DNA from: Alphaproteobacteria bacterium
GTDB lineage: Bacteria > Pseudomonadota > Alphaproteobacteria > GCA-2731375
Direction of reading: 5' to 3'
DNA length: 64,000 nt
Assembly: GCA_016776605.1 (NCBI GenBank)
Contig: JADHTB010000017.1
Location: 18,755 to 82,754 of the forward strand
How positions within the stretch are numbered: the stretch's first letter is position 1; every line of letters begins with the position of its first letter. The notes under the pieces are model-generated. The model was not told the origin of the DNA and did not search any database. It worked only from the letters and a program-made list of their open reading frames with translations. Shown in pieces: positions 1 to 11,600 of the stretch. A program made the position numbers and the translations under genes.

Positions 1-56
1 TGGGCGGCCAGGCCAACACCGCCACTTTGGCCCAGACTATCGCCGACGTGCTGTAA
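1..56 (+). CDS. 3' end of a gene entering the window, possibly isocitrate/isopropylmalate/tartrate dehydrogenase family (partial)
   Basis: Frame from position 3 reads GGQANTATLAQTIADVL-TAA, resembling the DLGG-x-T C-terminal helix of that family; only 17 aa visible. Confidence 0.4.
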   Translation, partial: GGQANTATLAQTIADVL

Positions 57-60
57 TTCG

Positions 61-819
61 TCACATGGCGAAGCGCGACATGCCGCCGTCAACGGGGATG
101 ACGGTGCCGGTGATATAGCCGGCGCGCGGTGAGGCCAGAAAGGCAACCAGGTCGGCCAGTTCCTCCGGCTCGCCAAAGCGCCGCAGCGGGACGAACTGTT
201 CGATATAGCGTTGTTTGGCGACCGGGTCCGGGTGCAGGCGTTCACGGATCTGTTCGCTATCGATGCGGCCAGGGGGTACGCAGTTAACCGTAATGCCGCT
301 TTCCGCCATGTCCCGCGACAGCCCCTTTGCCCAGGCATGCACCGCGGCGCAGGCCACCAGCGCGGCGGAAGTGGCCATTGGCTCGACAATGCCGGTAATG
401 TTGATAATGCGCCCCCATTTCGCCACCCGCATGCCCGGCAGCAGGGCATTGGTCAAGCGGCGCAGGGTGGTGAATTTAAGGTCAAAGCCGGCGTTCCATA
501 CCTCGTCCGAGGCCATCGGATCGGGCGGGCTGGACAGGCCGGCATTGTTGACCAGGATGTCGAGACCGCCAAAGGCGTCATGCACGGCGGCCCGCACGGT
601 TTCCGGCGCGTCGTGGTGCATCAGATCGGCGGCAACGACCAGGGGCCGGGCGCCTGTTTCCCCGCCGATCTGGTCGGCCAGCGCTTCCAGACGGTCCTGC
701 CGCCGCGCCGTAATGGCGAGCCGAACCCCCTCGCGCGCCATGACACGGGCGATGGCGGTGCCAATGCCGGCGGAAGCGCCGGTTACCAAACAGGTCTTGC
801 CGTTAAGGCGCAGGTCCAT
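61..819 (-). CDS. Short-chain dehydrogenase/reductase (FabG-like, atypical active site)
   Basis: TGASAGIG Rossmann motif, NNAG, PGRIDS, VDGG C-terminus; canonical YxxxK not evident. Confidence 0.85.
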   Translation of the reverse strand: MDLRLNGKTCLVTGASAGIGTAIARVMAREGVRLAITARRQDRLEALADQIGGETGARPLVVAADLMHHDAPETVRAAVHDAFGGLDILVNNAGLSSPPDPMASDEVWNAGFDLKFTTLRRLTNALLPGMRVAKWGRIINITGIVEPMATSAALVACAAVHAWAKGLSRDMAESGITVNCVPPGRIDSEQIRERLHPDPVAKQRYIEQFVPLRRFGEPEELADLVAFLASPRAGYITGTVIPVDGGMSRFAM

Positions 820-851
820 GATCTATCTCTCCACCGCGTGTAATAAGTCCT

Positions 852-955
852 CTTGAGCATTTTCATTCTGAAAATGCTCAGATCTTTAGAATTAGAGCAA
901 TTTTTCCAATCACTTAGAATCGCTTTGCGATTCTCATTAATTCGGAATTGCTCTA
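852..955. repeat. 105-bp TAGAGCA-terminated palindromic element (MITE-like), copy 1
   Basis: Near-identical reverse complement of 48909-49013 and 58515-58619; its end includes the TAG stop of the GMC gene. Confidence 0.9.
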
Positions 956-2542
956 TCGCGCGGCGCGGATCATGTCCGCCGCCTTTTCCGCGATCATAAT
1001 CGTCGGTGCATTGGTGTTGCCGCCGGGAATGGTCGGCATGATCGAGGCATCGACCACCCGCAGGCCCGTCATGCCATGCACCCGTAGCTGACTATCGACC
1101 ACGGCCATGGCGTCCTGGCCCATCTTCGCCGTACCCACGGGATGATAGATGGTGTCGGCGCGGTTGCGGATATCCGCCGCGATCTGTGCATCGGTCTGGA
1201 CATCGGCCGTCATCAATTCCCGGCCCCGGAATGGCGCCAGTGCGGGGGCCTGCAAGATGCGCCGGGTCAGCTTAAAGCCCGCCACCAGGCTGTCCAGATC
1301 CTCCCGCTCGGCCAGAAAATTCGGGTCGATCCGGGGTGGGGCCTTGGGGTCGGCGCTGTTCAGACCAACGCTGCCATGGCTTTTGGGTCGCAACAGACAG
1401 ACATGACAGCAATAGCCGCGATGGTAATGCCGCTTGCGGGTGTGATCATCGACGATGGCGAGAGAGAAATGCAATTGCAGGTCGGGAATGGCCTGATCGG
1501 CGCTGCTTTTCACGAAGCCGCCGCTTTCCGTGGAGTTGGAGGCGATGATCCCGGTGCGCTGACGGCGCCATTCAAAGATACCCTTGATGACCTTTGCCAC
1601 CACGCCAAAGGTCAGGCCCAGGGCATGGGACGAGGGCGACAGGTAGGGGATCGTGATATCGATGTGATCTTGCAGGTTCTGCCCAACGCCGGGCAATTCA
1701 TGGGCCATGGCAATGCCGTGGCCACGCAATTCCGCAGCCGGGCCGATACCCGACAACAGCAATAGTTGCGGCGTCTGCAAGGCGCCGGCCGACAGGATGA
1801 CCTCGCGCTCCGCCCGCACTTCGCGGTCTTCCTTGCCCTGGCGATAGGCCACGCCCACGGCTTGTTTACCCTCCAGAATGACCTTGGTTGCCTGGACATT
1901 GGTCAGCACCGTCAGATTATCCCGCCTCAGCGCCGGAGTCAGAAAGGCCCTGGCGGCGGAACAACGTTCACCGTTGATCTGGGTCACCTGATAGATGCCC
2001 ACGCCATCCTGTTCGGCGCCGTTGAAATCGTCGTTGCGGGGCAGCTGCATTTCCGCCCCCGCATCGACAAAGGCCTGGGTCAACGGGTTGGGCGTGCGCA
2101 TATCCGCCACGTTTAAGGGGCCGCCCGCGCCATGGTAGTCGTCCGCGCCCCTTTCCTGGTTCTGGGATTTCTTGAAATAGGGCAGGACCTCGGCATAGGA
2201 CCAGCCGGGATTGCCCAGTTCGGCCCAGCGGTCATAGTCGGCGGCATGGCCACGGCTATAGATCATGGCGTTGATGGAGGACGAGCCGCCCAACACCTTG
2301 CCCCGTGGTTGATAGCCGCGCCGATCGTTTAGAGCGGCCTGGGGCACGGTATCAAAGGCCCAATTAAGGTATTTTCCCGGCAGGATCGCCCCGATGCCAA
2401 TGGGCGCGCGGACCAGAATACTGCTATCAGGCGGCCCGGCTTCCAACAGGCAGACACAGATGGCCGGATCCTCGGACAGGCGCCCCGCCAGCACGCAGCC
2501 GGCCGAACCACCGCCGACGATAACGTAATCATAGCTGGTCAT
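953..2542 (-). CDS. GMC family FAD oxidoreductase (choline/alcohol dehydrogenase-like)
   Basis: [53 protein letters not shown] motifs. Confidence 0.93.
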   Translation of the reverse strand: MTSYDYVIVGGGSAGCVLAGRLSEDPAICVCLLEAGPPDSSILVRAPIGIGAILPGKYLNWAFDTVPQAALNDRRGYQPRGKVLGGSSSINAMIYSRGHAADYDRWAELGNPGWSYAEVLPYFKKSQNQERGADDYHGAGGPLNVADMRTPNPLTQAFVDAGAEMQLPRNDDFNGAEQDGVGIYQVTQINGERCSAARAFLTPALRRDNLTVLTNVQATKVILEGKQAVGVAYRQGKEDREVRAEREVILSAGALQTPQLLLLSGIGPAAELRGHGIAMAHELPGVGQNLQDHIDITIPYLSPSSHALGLTFGVVAKVIKGIFEWRRQRTGIIASNSTESGGFVKSSADQAIPDLQLHFSLAIVDDHTRKRHYHRGYCCHVCLLRPKSHGSVGLNSADPKAPPRIDPNFLAEREDLDSLVAGFKLTRRILQAPALAPFRGRELMTADVQTDAQIAADIRNRADTIYHPVGTAKMGQDAMAVVDSQLRVHGMTGLRVVDASIMPTIPGGNTNAPTIMIAEKAADMIRAAR

Positions 2543-2603
2543 GGCATGTCCTCAATCGCCGTACAGCCTATTCAATAGTCTCATCAAAAATCCGGCAACT
2601 GCT

Positions 2604-4268
2604 CTAGTCCGCGATCACCTCGGTCACGGCGCGGGTGTTGCCGAACGAGGGGATGATGCAGGAATGCCGCCCGGCGCCGCCCGCGACCACCACCTGGAAA
2701 TTGTCATGGCTGGTGGCGATATGGGCACCGCCGTCGCCGTCCGCCAACAGCCGGTCGGGCACATAGCGGCGCATGATGACACGCTGGGGCTGGGACAGAT
2801 CATGGCCGGGGATGATTGCCTGTTCAATCAGGAAGTCCTTGATATCGGCCTTGGAAAAGCCGCCGCCGGCGATGATTTCGGCGTGTTCCGGCCCCAGAAC
2901 CAGCATCATTTCCCCGCCCAGGTAACTGTTGTTGTGGCCCGGACTGGACATGGCGCCGCCGATGGTCAACAGCACCTCCTCGGCCGTCTTGCCGTAATGA
3001 TCGTTGACGTTATGGGGTCCTTCAACGCCGCACAGGGTAATGGTGCTTTGCCCCGCAGCAAAACCCCGTTCCATCGAAAGGGTCTCGCCCCAGGGGTTCT
3101 CCGCCACGCTTTCCGCGAAGCAGAAGCTGAACTTGGCCGGCGTGCCCATGGTAGCCCGGTCCAGGATGCCCGGCGTGCCGCCGCCCACGTTCAGCAGAAT
3201 GGAACGGATGGCCCGGCCGATGGCGGCGTTGGCCAGGGTTCCCTGGCCCATGGCGTTATAGCTGCTGTTGACATCAATGGCCTCGACGATCGGGCCCGAG
3301 ATCAAGGCCATCACGGTGCAGGGATGGGTCGTGGTGTTCAGGGCCTTCAGGTTCAAGGCGGATTGGCCCAGGGCCTTGGCCGCGGCGACCAGTACCGGCA
3401 GATGGCTGGGCAGACAGCCCGCCATGACCGCATTGATCGCCACCTTGGCCAGCGTGGCCTGGCCCTGGCGCGGCTCTATCCGGGCCAGCAATTCAGCGGG
3501 ATCGAGGCCACTGTCGCCCAGCATTTTCTCGTAGCGTTCGGGCGTCGGCGGAATGATCGGCAGGCCATCGGTCCAGCCCCGGCTGTAGAACAGGCGGTTG
3601 ACCCCTTCCAGATCGTCCGGGCCGTTCAGACGTTCGGGCGCATCGGGAGCCGAGAAATTACCCTCGAACATGGACCGATAGCGCAGGCGCTTCTTTACGG
3701 GCGGTTCTTTCTCTCTAAATTCCGCCCGCAGCTCTTCGGCATCCGTCTGCCAAATGCGGATGATTTCATCGATGACGTTGCGCGCCATGGCGGCCACTTC
3801 ATCAGGCAGCAGTTTAGCCACCGGATGGGGCACGACGGCGATGGGTAGGCCCGGCATGCCGAGGCATTGCGTCTCCGCCTTGCCCAACGAGTAGAATTCA
3901 TCGCTGCATACGGTGGCGACGGGAATTCCGCGTTTCTCTAATACGATGCCGTCATGGATACACCACGACGTGCACGAGCCTCAATCCCCGAAGGCGGCGG
4001 CAACCACATGACAGCGGTCGAGAAATTCATCGCTGAAAACGGCCGGAACCGATGCTGCCTTTTGGCCGCGCAAAAATTCCACGTTGTCGAACCGTTCCGA
4101 CAGCAGTTCCTGAATGTTGTCCAAGAACAGGTCCGCGTTGGCCTTTTGATTGGAATGCAAGCCGATCACGATTGTCTCGTCACCGCTGCCCAAAATGCGC
4201 CGGCGCGGCGCCAGGGGCAGGTCTTCATTGGCAAAAATGCCGCAGGGATTCATCAACTCACGGGCCAT
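2604..4268 (-). CDS. UGSC-motif selenoprotein (Sec at TGA 3983-3981) fused to a GWTDGLP-type partner domain, ~554 aa
   Basis: ORFs 3981-4289 and 2604-3887 are in one frame; read-through gives AFGD-U-GSCTSWCIHDGIVLEKRGIPVATV; ATG 4268 is preceded by GGAAGGA; SECIS-like hairpin follows the UGA. Confidence 0.85.
3947..3974 (-). promoter_or_regulatory. Putative bacterial SECIS element
   Basis: UGC-A-CGUCGUGG-UGUAU-CCAUGACG-GCA: 11-bp stem with a bulged A, starting 7 nt after the UGA; loop starts at +19 with G in position 2. Confidence 0.7.
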
Positions 4269-4387
4269 CTTTATATCCTTCCGATTCAATTGTGCCGATT
4301 ACATCAGGCCGCGCGCGATGGCACAAGAGTGGAGGTGAGAGGGCAAGACGTGCCATGATGCGCCCTGGCAAGTTAGGAGGACGGAGC

Positions 4388-5224
4388 ATGAAGTTTGGCA
4401 TTCACATTCCCCAGATTGGACGCAAGGCGGGGCCGGAGGCGGTGCGCCGTGGCGCGCGCCAGGCCGAGGACCTGGGTTTCGACAGCATCTGGGTCAACGA
4501 TCATCTGGCGATCCCCCACGATGCGCCCTATCCACCCTCGGCCAGTTTTTACGAACCCCTGATCACCCTGACCTGGGCGGCGGCGGCCACCAGCCGGGTA
4601 CAATTGGGAACCTCGGTTCTGGTTTTGCCCCTGCGCACACCGGTGCATCTGGCCAAGGAATTAGCCACCCTGGATCTGTTGAGCGAGGGGCGATTGATCC
4701 TGGGCACCGGCGTCGGCTGGATGGAAGGCGAGTTTGACGCCATGGGCGTACCTTTTGCCGACCGGGGCGCTCGGACCGACGATATCATCAACATTCTGCG
4801 GGCCTGTTGGGAAGAAGACCCCATTTCCTACGAGCCAACGGTGGTCAAGGCAAGCTTGCAAGGCATCCGAACCCAGCCGCAACCGGGCCGGCATATACCG
4901 ATCTGGGTTGGCGGCAATTCCGCCCCTGCCCTGCGCCGGGCCAAGGGCCTGGGCGATGGCTGGCACGGGACCCGCGTGCCACCGGAGGAAGCCAAGGCGA
5001 TCGTCGCGGACATGCGCGCCGCGCGGGGCCGGGAATTCGTCATTTCAATGCGCCTGTTCTGGGATCCGTTGGAAGATGATCACGACGAGCTGAAGTCCCT
5101 GACAGATGCCTATGCCAAGGCCGGCGTCGACGCCCTGGTGCTGGAGCCGCGGCAACGCGGCCTGGAAGACTGGTTGCGGGCGGTGGAGGGCCTGTGGACC
5201 CTGGTACAACCCTGGCATGGGTAA
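4388..5224 (+). CDS. LLM-class (luciferase-like) flavin/F420-dependent oxidoreductase
   Basis: MKFGIHIPQ start after GGAG; GFDSIWVNDH, LGTSVLVLP, GRLILGTGVGW, IPIWVGGNS. Confidence 0.88.
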   Translation: MKFGIHIPQIGRKAGPEAVRRGARQAEDLGFDSIWVNDHLAIPHDAPYPPSASFYEPLITLTWAAAATSRVQLGTSVLVLPLRTPVHLAKELATLDLLSEGRLILGTGVGWMEGEFDAMGVPFADRGARTDDIINILRACWEEDPISYEPTVVKASLQGIRTQPQPGRHIPIWVGGNSAPALRRAKGLGDGWHGTRVPPEEAKAIVADMRAARGREFVISMRLFWDPLEDDHDELKSLTDAYAKAGVDALVLEPRQRGLEDWLRAVEGLWTLVQPWHG

Positions 5225-5251
5225 AGCCGCAGTAAGTTTACGCGCCGCGTC

Positions 5252-6172
5252 ATGGCCATCCCCCTAACGGTCATTGGTGGTTTCCTGGGCGCCGGCAAGA
5301 CGACCCTGTTGAACAATCTGCTGGCCCAGGATACCGGCCTGCGCTTTGCCGTGGTGGTCAACGATTTCGGTGAACTGGCGGTGGATGGCGATCTGCTGGC
5401 GGCCCATGGCGGCGATACGGTGACCCTGGCCAACGGCTGTATCTGTTGCACCATGGGGGATGATTTGCTGCTGACGCTGATGCAGCTGATACGCCGGCCC
5501 GATCCCCCCGAACATATTCTGGTGGAGGCCAGCGGCATCGCCGATCCCCGGCCCATCGCCGATATTGCCGTGCGGCACGCTGGTTTGAGCCGGGATGCGG
5601 TGGTGGTCCTGGCGGATGCGGCATTGGTGGAGGAGACGGCGGCGGATCAATATGCCGGCGATACCATCCGCCGCCAATTGGCCGCCGCCGATCTGATAAT
5701 CCTGAACAAATGCGACCTGCTGGACGACTATGACCAGAACGAGGTGCGGCAATGGCTGGCCGCCCAGGCCCCCAACGCCGCCATCGTCAAGGCCCGCCAG
5801 GCCCAGGTGCCGGCGGATTTGCTGTTGGGCGTGGGGCTGGGGGACAAGGCCGCCGACGAGAGAGGCCATGCGCACCACAATCACGACTACGGCCACGGGG
5901 ATGCCTTCCGCGCCGTTTCCTTCAAATTGACCCAAGCCCTGGACAAGGCCGCGTTCGAGGCCTTCGTGGCGGGCTTGCCCAAATCAATCCTGCGGGCCAA
6001 GGGAATTATCCGATTGCGAGATCGGCCGGGACATTGGGTGTTTCAACTGGTAGGCCGGCGCCACGAACTGTATCCGGCGGAGACTCCATCGCCCGAAAAT
6101 AACCTGGTGTTCCTGGGCACCCCTGAAATGCCCGACGAGGCCGCTTTACGCGCCCTGCTCGGCCAAGTTTAA
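5252..6172 (+). CDS. CobW/COG0523 family GTPase metallochaperone
   Basis: GFLGAGKTT, VVNDFG, GCICC, EASG, NKCD motifs and a His-rich linker (HAHHNHDYGH). Confidence 0.9.
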   Translation: MAIPLTVIGGFLGAGKTTLLNNLLAQDTGLRFAVVVNDFGELAVDGDLLAAHGGDTVTLANGCICCTMGDDLLLTLMQLIRRPDPPEHILVEASGIADPRPIADIAVRHAGLSRDAVVVLADAALVEETAADQYAGDTIRRQLAAADLIILNKCDLLDDYDQNEVRQWLAAQAPNAAIVKARQAQVPADLLLGVGLGDKAADERGHAHHNHDYGHGDAFRAVSFKLTQALDKAAFEAFVAGLPKSILRAKGIIRLRDRPGHWVFQLVGRRHELYPAETPSPENNLVFLGTPEMPDEAALRALLGQV

Positions 6173-6227
6173 TACGGGGACACAATACTTATATCAACGG
6201 ATATAAGTATTGTGTCCCCGTATTAAA
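6168..6227. repeat. AT-rich REP-like perfect palindrome (GGGGACACAATACTTA family), copy 1
   Basis: 28-bp perfect arms, 4-nt loop; between convergent genes; contains the TAA stop of the CobW-family gene. Confidence 0.9.
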
Positions 6228-6264
6228 TTACCAGGGTGCGGTGGTGCCGAAAAGTGCGTTGCAC

Positions 6265-7149
6265 TTATAACTTCCGGCTTTCCGCCATCAGGTTGCCGTA
6301 ATTGGCCAGCAGTATCAGGGCGGCGCCGACAAAGACCCATAATTCCAGCGGTTCGCCATACATCATCACCCCAACCACGGCAATCAAAGGCAGGCGCAGG
6401 AAGTCCATGGGGGCCACGACGATGGCATCAGCCAGGCTGACGGCGCGGACGATGCAGAAATGCGCTGTAAAGCCCAGGATGGCTATTAAAATCAGCCACA
6501 GACCGGTCACCAGGGATGGCCAATTCAGGTCGTGGAAGGCCAACATCAGGCCCACTGGGGTCTGCACCAGAGCCATAAAAAATAGAATGGTCACGGGCCG
6601 TTCGGTCCGCGCCAGACGTTTGGTTCCCATCATGGAGCCGGCAAAACCCACGGCCCCGATCAACATGACGATAGCGCCCAGGCTAACCGCCTCCAGCCCA
6701 GGCCGCAGGACGACCACGACGCCGATAAAACCCAGTAACACCGCGGCCATGCGGGTTTTTGTCAGGCGTTCGCCCAACAGCAACGGCGCCAGCGCCGCGA
6801 CCCAAAGGGGCGTGGTGAATTCCAGGGCGAACAACTGCGCCAGGGGAATGAGGCCCAGGGCAAAAAACCAGCCGAACTGACCCACCAGATGCGAGAAATT
6901 GCGGACAATGTGCAGGCCAACGCGCCCGGTGCGGAATTGCCCAAAGCCGCCCTTGCTACAGGCCCCATAGAGCACCACCAGGCTCAAACCGATGGCGCTG
7001 CGGTAGAACATCAATTGATAGACGTCGAGTTCCTCGAACACCGCGCGGCCCGCCACCGCCATGGTGGAGAATGAAACCACGGCGCCGAGCATCCACAGCG
7101 CCGCCCCCATCGTGTTGGGTGTTGGCGCCGTGATGGGTTCCTGGCTCAC
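6265..7149 (-). CDS. DMT/EamA family transporter
   Basis: About 10 hydrophobic segments; LLGERL, GFIGV..LRPG and APMDFLRLP motifs. Confidence 0.88.
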   Translation of the reverse strand: MSQEPITAPTPNTMGAALWMLGAVVSFSTMAVAGRAVFEELDVYQLMFYRSAIGLSLVVLYGACSKGGFGQFRTGRVGLHIVRNFSHLVGQFGWFFALGLIPLAQLFALEFTTPLWVAALAPLLLGERLTKTRMAAVLLGFIGVVVVLRPGLEAVSLGAIVMLIGAVGFAGSMMGTKRLARTERPVTILFFMALVQTPVGLMLAFHDLNWPSLVTGLWLILIAILGFTAHFCIVRAVSLADAIVVAPMDFLRLPLIAVVGVMMYGEPLELWVFVGAALILLANYGNLMAESRKL

Positions 7150-7159
7150 GACAGAAGGA

Positions 7160-8614
7160 TCAACGGGGCAGGATTGTACTGCCCATCAAGGCCTGATCAA
7201 CGGCACGGGCGCATTGCCGGCCTTCACGGATCGCCCAGACCACCAAGGATTGTCCCCGGCGCATATCGCCAGCGGCAAAAACACCCTCCACGGAGGTTTG
7301 GTAGTCCAGCGTATCCGCCCTGACATTGCCCCTGTCATCCAAGGCAACGCCCAGATCTTCCAGCATCCCGGCCTTGGTCGGATGCACGAAGCCCATGGCG
7401 AGCAGCACCAGATCGGCTTTTAACTCGAAGGCGCTATCCGGGACCTCGTTCATGGTCATGGCCCCCGCGGCGCCCTTGTCCCAACTAACGCGCACCAGTT
7501 CCAGCGCTTCGACCTTGCCATTGGCGGCGCGGATATTTTTTGTCAGCACGGACCAATCCCGTGTACAGCCCTCGTCATGGGAGCTGGACGTACGCAGCTT
7601 GGTGGGCCAATTTGGCCAGGTCAGCGCCTTGTCTTCGTGTTCGGGCGGCTTCGGCATGATCTCCAACTGTGTGACAGACGCCGCGCCCTGGCGGTTGGAG
7701 GTGCCGACACAATCCGAGCCGGTATCGCCGCCACCAATGACCACGACATGTTTGCCCGTGGCCAGAATTTCAGGGCGGCCCCCGCCATCCAGATCCAGCG
7801 ATTCCCCGGCCAGGCGCCGGTTCTGCTGGCCCAGGAATTCCATCGCGAAATGCACGCCGTCCAACTCCCGCCCCGGCACCGGCATATCGCGGGGATGTTC
7901 CGCCCCCCCGGTCAGCACCACCGCGTCGAATTTTTCCCTGACTTCCTCAATTGGGATGGCGCCGCCGATGTGACTGTTGGCGCGAAACTCCACCCCCTCG
8001 GCCCGCATCTGCGCCATGCGCCGGTCGATGAATTTCTTTTCCAGCTTGAAATCGGGAATGCCATAGCGCATCAGGCCGCCGATCCGGGCATTCTTTTCGA
8101 ACAAAACCACATTATGGCCGGCCCGCGCCAGTTGCTGCGAACAGGCCATGCCGGCCGGGCCGGAGCCAACCACGGCCACGGTTTTGCCGGTCCGGTGCTT
8201 GGCGATGCGGGGCACGATCCAGCCCTCCGCCCAGCCTTTTTCGACAATCGACACCTCGATCGTCTTGATGGTCACCGGTTGATCCGTGATGTTCAGGGTG
8301 CAGGAAGCCTCGCACGGGGCGGGACAGATGCGGCCGGTGAATTCGGGAAAGTTATTGGTCGAATGCAGGACCCGCAGCGCCTCGTGCCATTCACCCTGAT
8401 AGACCAGATCGTTCCATTCCGGAATGATGTTATTGACCGGACAGCCATTGTGGCAAAAGGGGATGCCGCAATCCATGCAGCGCGCACCCTGTTGCCTTGC
8501 CTCCGGCTCCGACATGGGGATAGTGAATTCGTTATAATTGCGAAGCCGCTCCGCCGTGGGCTCATACGAAAGGTCCCGACGGGCGATTTCCATAAATCCT
8601 GTTGGCTTACCCAT
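7160..8614 (-). CDS. gltD: Glutamate synthase small subunit
   Basis: MGKPTGF start, [43 protein letters not shown]. Confidence 0.97.
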   Translation of the reverse strand: MGKPTGFMEIARRDLSYEPTAERLRNYNEFTIPMSEPEARQQGARCMDCGIPFCHNGCPVNNIIPEWNDLVYQGEWHEALRVLHSTNNFPEFTGRICPAPCEASCTLNITDQPVTIKTIEVSIVEKGWAEGWIVPRIAKHRTGKTVAVVGSGPAGMACSQQLARAGHNVVLFEKNARIGGLMRYGIPDFKLEKKFIDRRMAQMRAEGVEFRANSHIGGAIPIEEVREKFDAVVLTGGAEHPRDMPVPGRELDGVHFAMEFLGQQNRRLAGESLDLDGGGRPEILATGKHVVVIGGGDTGSDCVGTSNRQGAASVTQLEIMPKPPEHEDKALTWPNWPTKLRTSSSHDEGCTRDWSVLTKNIRAANGKVEALELVRVSWDKGAAGAMTMNEVPDSAFELKADLVLLAMGFVHPTKAGMLEDLGVALDDRGNVRADTLDYQTSVEGVFAAGDMRRGQSLVVWAIREGRQCARAVDQALMGSTILPR

Positions 8615-8619
8615 ATGAC

Positions 8620-11600
8620 TTACTCACCCCCCACGGCAACGCTGAGGCCGGCGCGGGATTCATCTGCCACGGCCCGTGACCGGGACTGCATTTCCTGCAA
8701 GGCGCGGCGATAATCCACCGGCATCACCTTGACGAAACGTGGCAGATAATCGTCCCATTTTTCCAATATCATCGCGGCCCGTTCACTGCCCGTGTAGCGC
8801 AGATGGTTCTCGATCAGGCCGAAAAGACGCTGTGCGTCGTGCCGGGTCATGTCATGCACCAGATCAACCCGGCCATGGGATTCCAAATCACCGCCCTGGT
8901 GATCCAGGTATTCCATGACCTGATCCTCGTCCGCAATCGGCTCCAACTCCACCATGGCCATGTTGCAGCGTTGCGCGAAATCATGGCTTTCATCCAACAC
9001 ATAGGCGATGCCGCCGCTCATCCCCGCCGCGAAGTTGCGCCCCGTGGCGCCCAACACGACGACCACGCCGCCCGTCATATATTCGCAGCCATGATCGCCC
9101 ACGCCTTCGACCACCGCCGTGACACCGGAATTGCGCACGCCAAAGCGTTCGCCGGCAACGCCACGGAAATAGCATTCTCCGCTAACAGCGCCATACAGCA
9201 CCGTGTTGCCGATCAGGATATTTTCCTCCGGCGTGAGGCTGGAAACCTTGGATGGATAGATGATCAAACGGCCACCCGACAGCCCCTTACCCACATAGTC
9301 GTTGGCGTCACCTTCCAACTCGAGAGTGACCCCATGGCTAAGGAAAGCGCCAAAACTTTGCCCGGCGGTGCCCGTCAGTTTGACATGGATGGCGCCATCG
9401 TCCAGGCCCGCCGTGCCGTAGCGTTTGGCGATCCGGCCCGAAAGCATGGTTCCGACCGTACGGTTGATGTTGCGGACCGTCAGGTCGATTTTGACCGCCT
9501 CGCCACGTTCAATGGCCGGTTCCGACAGAGCGATCAACTGGTGATCAAGGGCATTTTCCAGGCCGTGGTCCTGTTCCTCGGATTTGCGAATGGCCACGCC
9601 CGGGCCCGGTGTCGGCATATGCAGCAGGGGGGCCAGGTCAAGTCCCTTGGCCTTCCAATGCTGCACGGCGGCCCGAATTTCCAGCCGGTCGCGCTGGCCA
9701 ATCATTTCGTTGATGCTGCGAAAGCCCATTTTCGCCATCAACTCGCGGATTTCCTCCGCCAGGAAGGTGAAAAAATTGATCACATGTTCGGGCTGCCCAG
9801 GGAACAGCTTGCGCAGTTCCGGGTCCTGGGTCGCTACCCCCACCGGGCAGGTGTTCAGGTGGCATTTGCGCATCATGATGCAGCCTTGGGAAATCAGCGC
9901 CGCCGTGGCGATGCCGAATTCGTCGGCCCCCAACAAGGCGCCGATAACCACGTCCCGGCCGGTACGCAAGCCACCGTCGACCTGCACCGCGATACGGCCC
10001 CGCAGACCATTCATCACCAGGGTCTGGTGGGTTTCCGCCAGGCCGATTTCCCATGGACTGCCGGCGTTCTGGATCGAGGTAATAGGCGAGGCGCCAGTGC
10101 CGCCATCAAAGCCCGAGATCGTGACATGATCGGCATGCGCCTTGGAGACGCCGGCGGCGACCGTGCCGACACCCAGTTCGGAAACCAGCTTGACCGAAAT
10201 GCGCGCCTCGGGATTGACGTTCTTCAAGTCGTGGATCAATTGCGCCAGATCCTCGATGGAATAGATGTCATGATGGGGGGGCGGCGAAATCAGGCCCACG
10301 CCCGGCGTCGAATGGCGCACCCGGGCGATCCAGTCATCGACCTTATAGCCAGGCAATTGCCCGCCCTCGCCGGGCTTGGCGCCCTGGGCCATCTTGATCT
10401 GTATGTCCGAGGCGTGCGCCAGATATTCCGCCATTACGCCAAAGCGGCCCGATGCTACCTGTCTGATGGCCGAGCGCATGCTGTCGCCATTCTTTAGAGG
10501 GCGATTGCGTTCCGCTTCCTCGCCACCCTCGCCGCTGTTCGACTTGCCGCCGATACGGTTCATGGCGATGGCCAGATTGGTATGCGCCTCCCAACTGATG
10601 GAGCCAAAGGACATGGCGCCCGTGGCGAAGCGCTTGAAGATCTCGGTAACCGGTTCGACCTCATCCAGGGGGATGGGTTCGTCGGCCAACTTTAATTCGA
10701 ACAGACCGCGCAGATTGCTCAGTTTTTCGTCCTGTTCGTTGATGCGCCGCGCATAAGCCTGATACTTGCCCCGATCATTGGCGCGCACGGCATGCTGCAA
10801 CAGCGCCACCGTCTCTGGCGTCCAGGCATGTTCTTCGCCGCGTAGGCGATAGGCCAAATCACCGCCCGCTTTCAAAGTGTCGCGATAGGGCAGGGCGTCG
10901 CGATAGGCGAACAGATGCCGACGCACGGTTTCCTCGGCGATTTCGTCCAGGCCGATGCCGCCAATGGCGCATCTGGTGCCGGTAAAGTGTTGGTCCAGTA
11001 GTTCCTGGCTCAACCCCACGGCGTCGAAAATCTGGGCGCCGCAATAGGATTGATAGGTTGAAATGCCCATTTTCGACATCACCTTCAAGATGCCCTTGGC
11101 GACCGCCTTGATATAGCGGTGATGCAATTCGCTTTCGTCCAGGTCTTCCGGCAATTTCGGCCGCAGCCCCGACAGGGTGTCAAAGGCCAGATAGGGATTG
11201 ATCGCCTCGGCACCGTAACCGGCCAGCAGGCAGAAATCGTGCACCCGCCGGGCCTCGCCCGTCTCTACCACCAGGCCCACTTCCGTGCGCAGGCCGGCGC
11301 GGATCAGGTGATGATGCACACTGGCCGTGGCCAGCAGAATGGGAATAGCGACCCGGTCCGCATCAACGCCCCGGTCCGACAGGATCAGAATGTTGTAGGT
11401 GGGTCTTTCCACAACCTCCTCGGCCAACTGGCAGAGTTCCTCCACGGCCCGGGCCATGCCCCCGGCGCCTTCCGAGACTAGATAGGTAACATCCAGGGTA
11501 TAGGTGCGGAAGGCACGGTCAACCTGGTTCTCGACCCGGCGAACCCGTTCCAGATCCATGTTGGTCAGGATGGGTTGCCGTACCTCGAGGCGTCTTTTCG

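Noticed and set aside
3981-3983. TGA as a nonsense mutation (pseudogene) or as the end of a separate 102-aa gene
   Set aside because: It sits at the first position of a UxxC motif, the frame continues, and a SECIS-like hairpin follows; Sec recoding fits better
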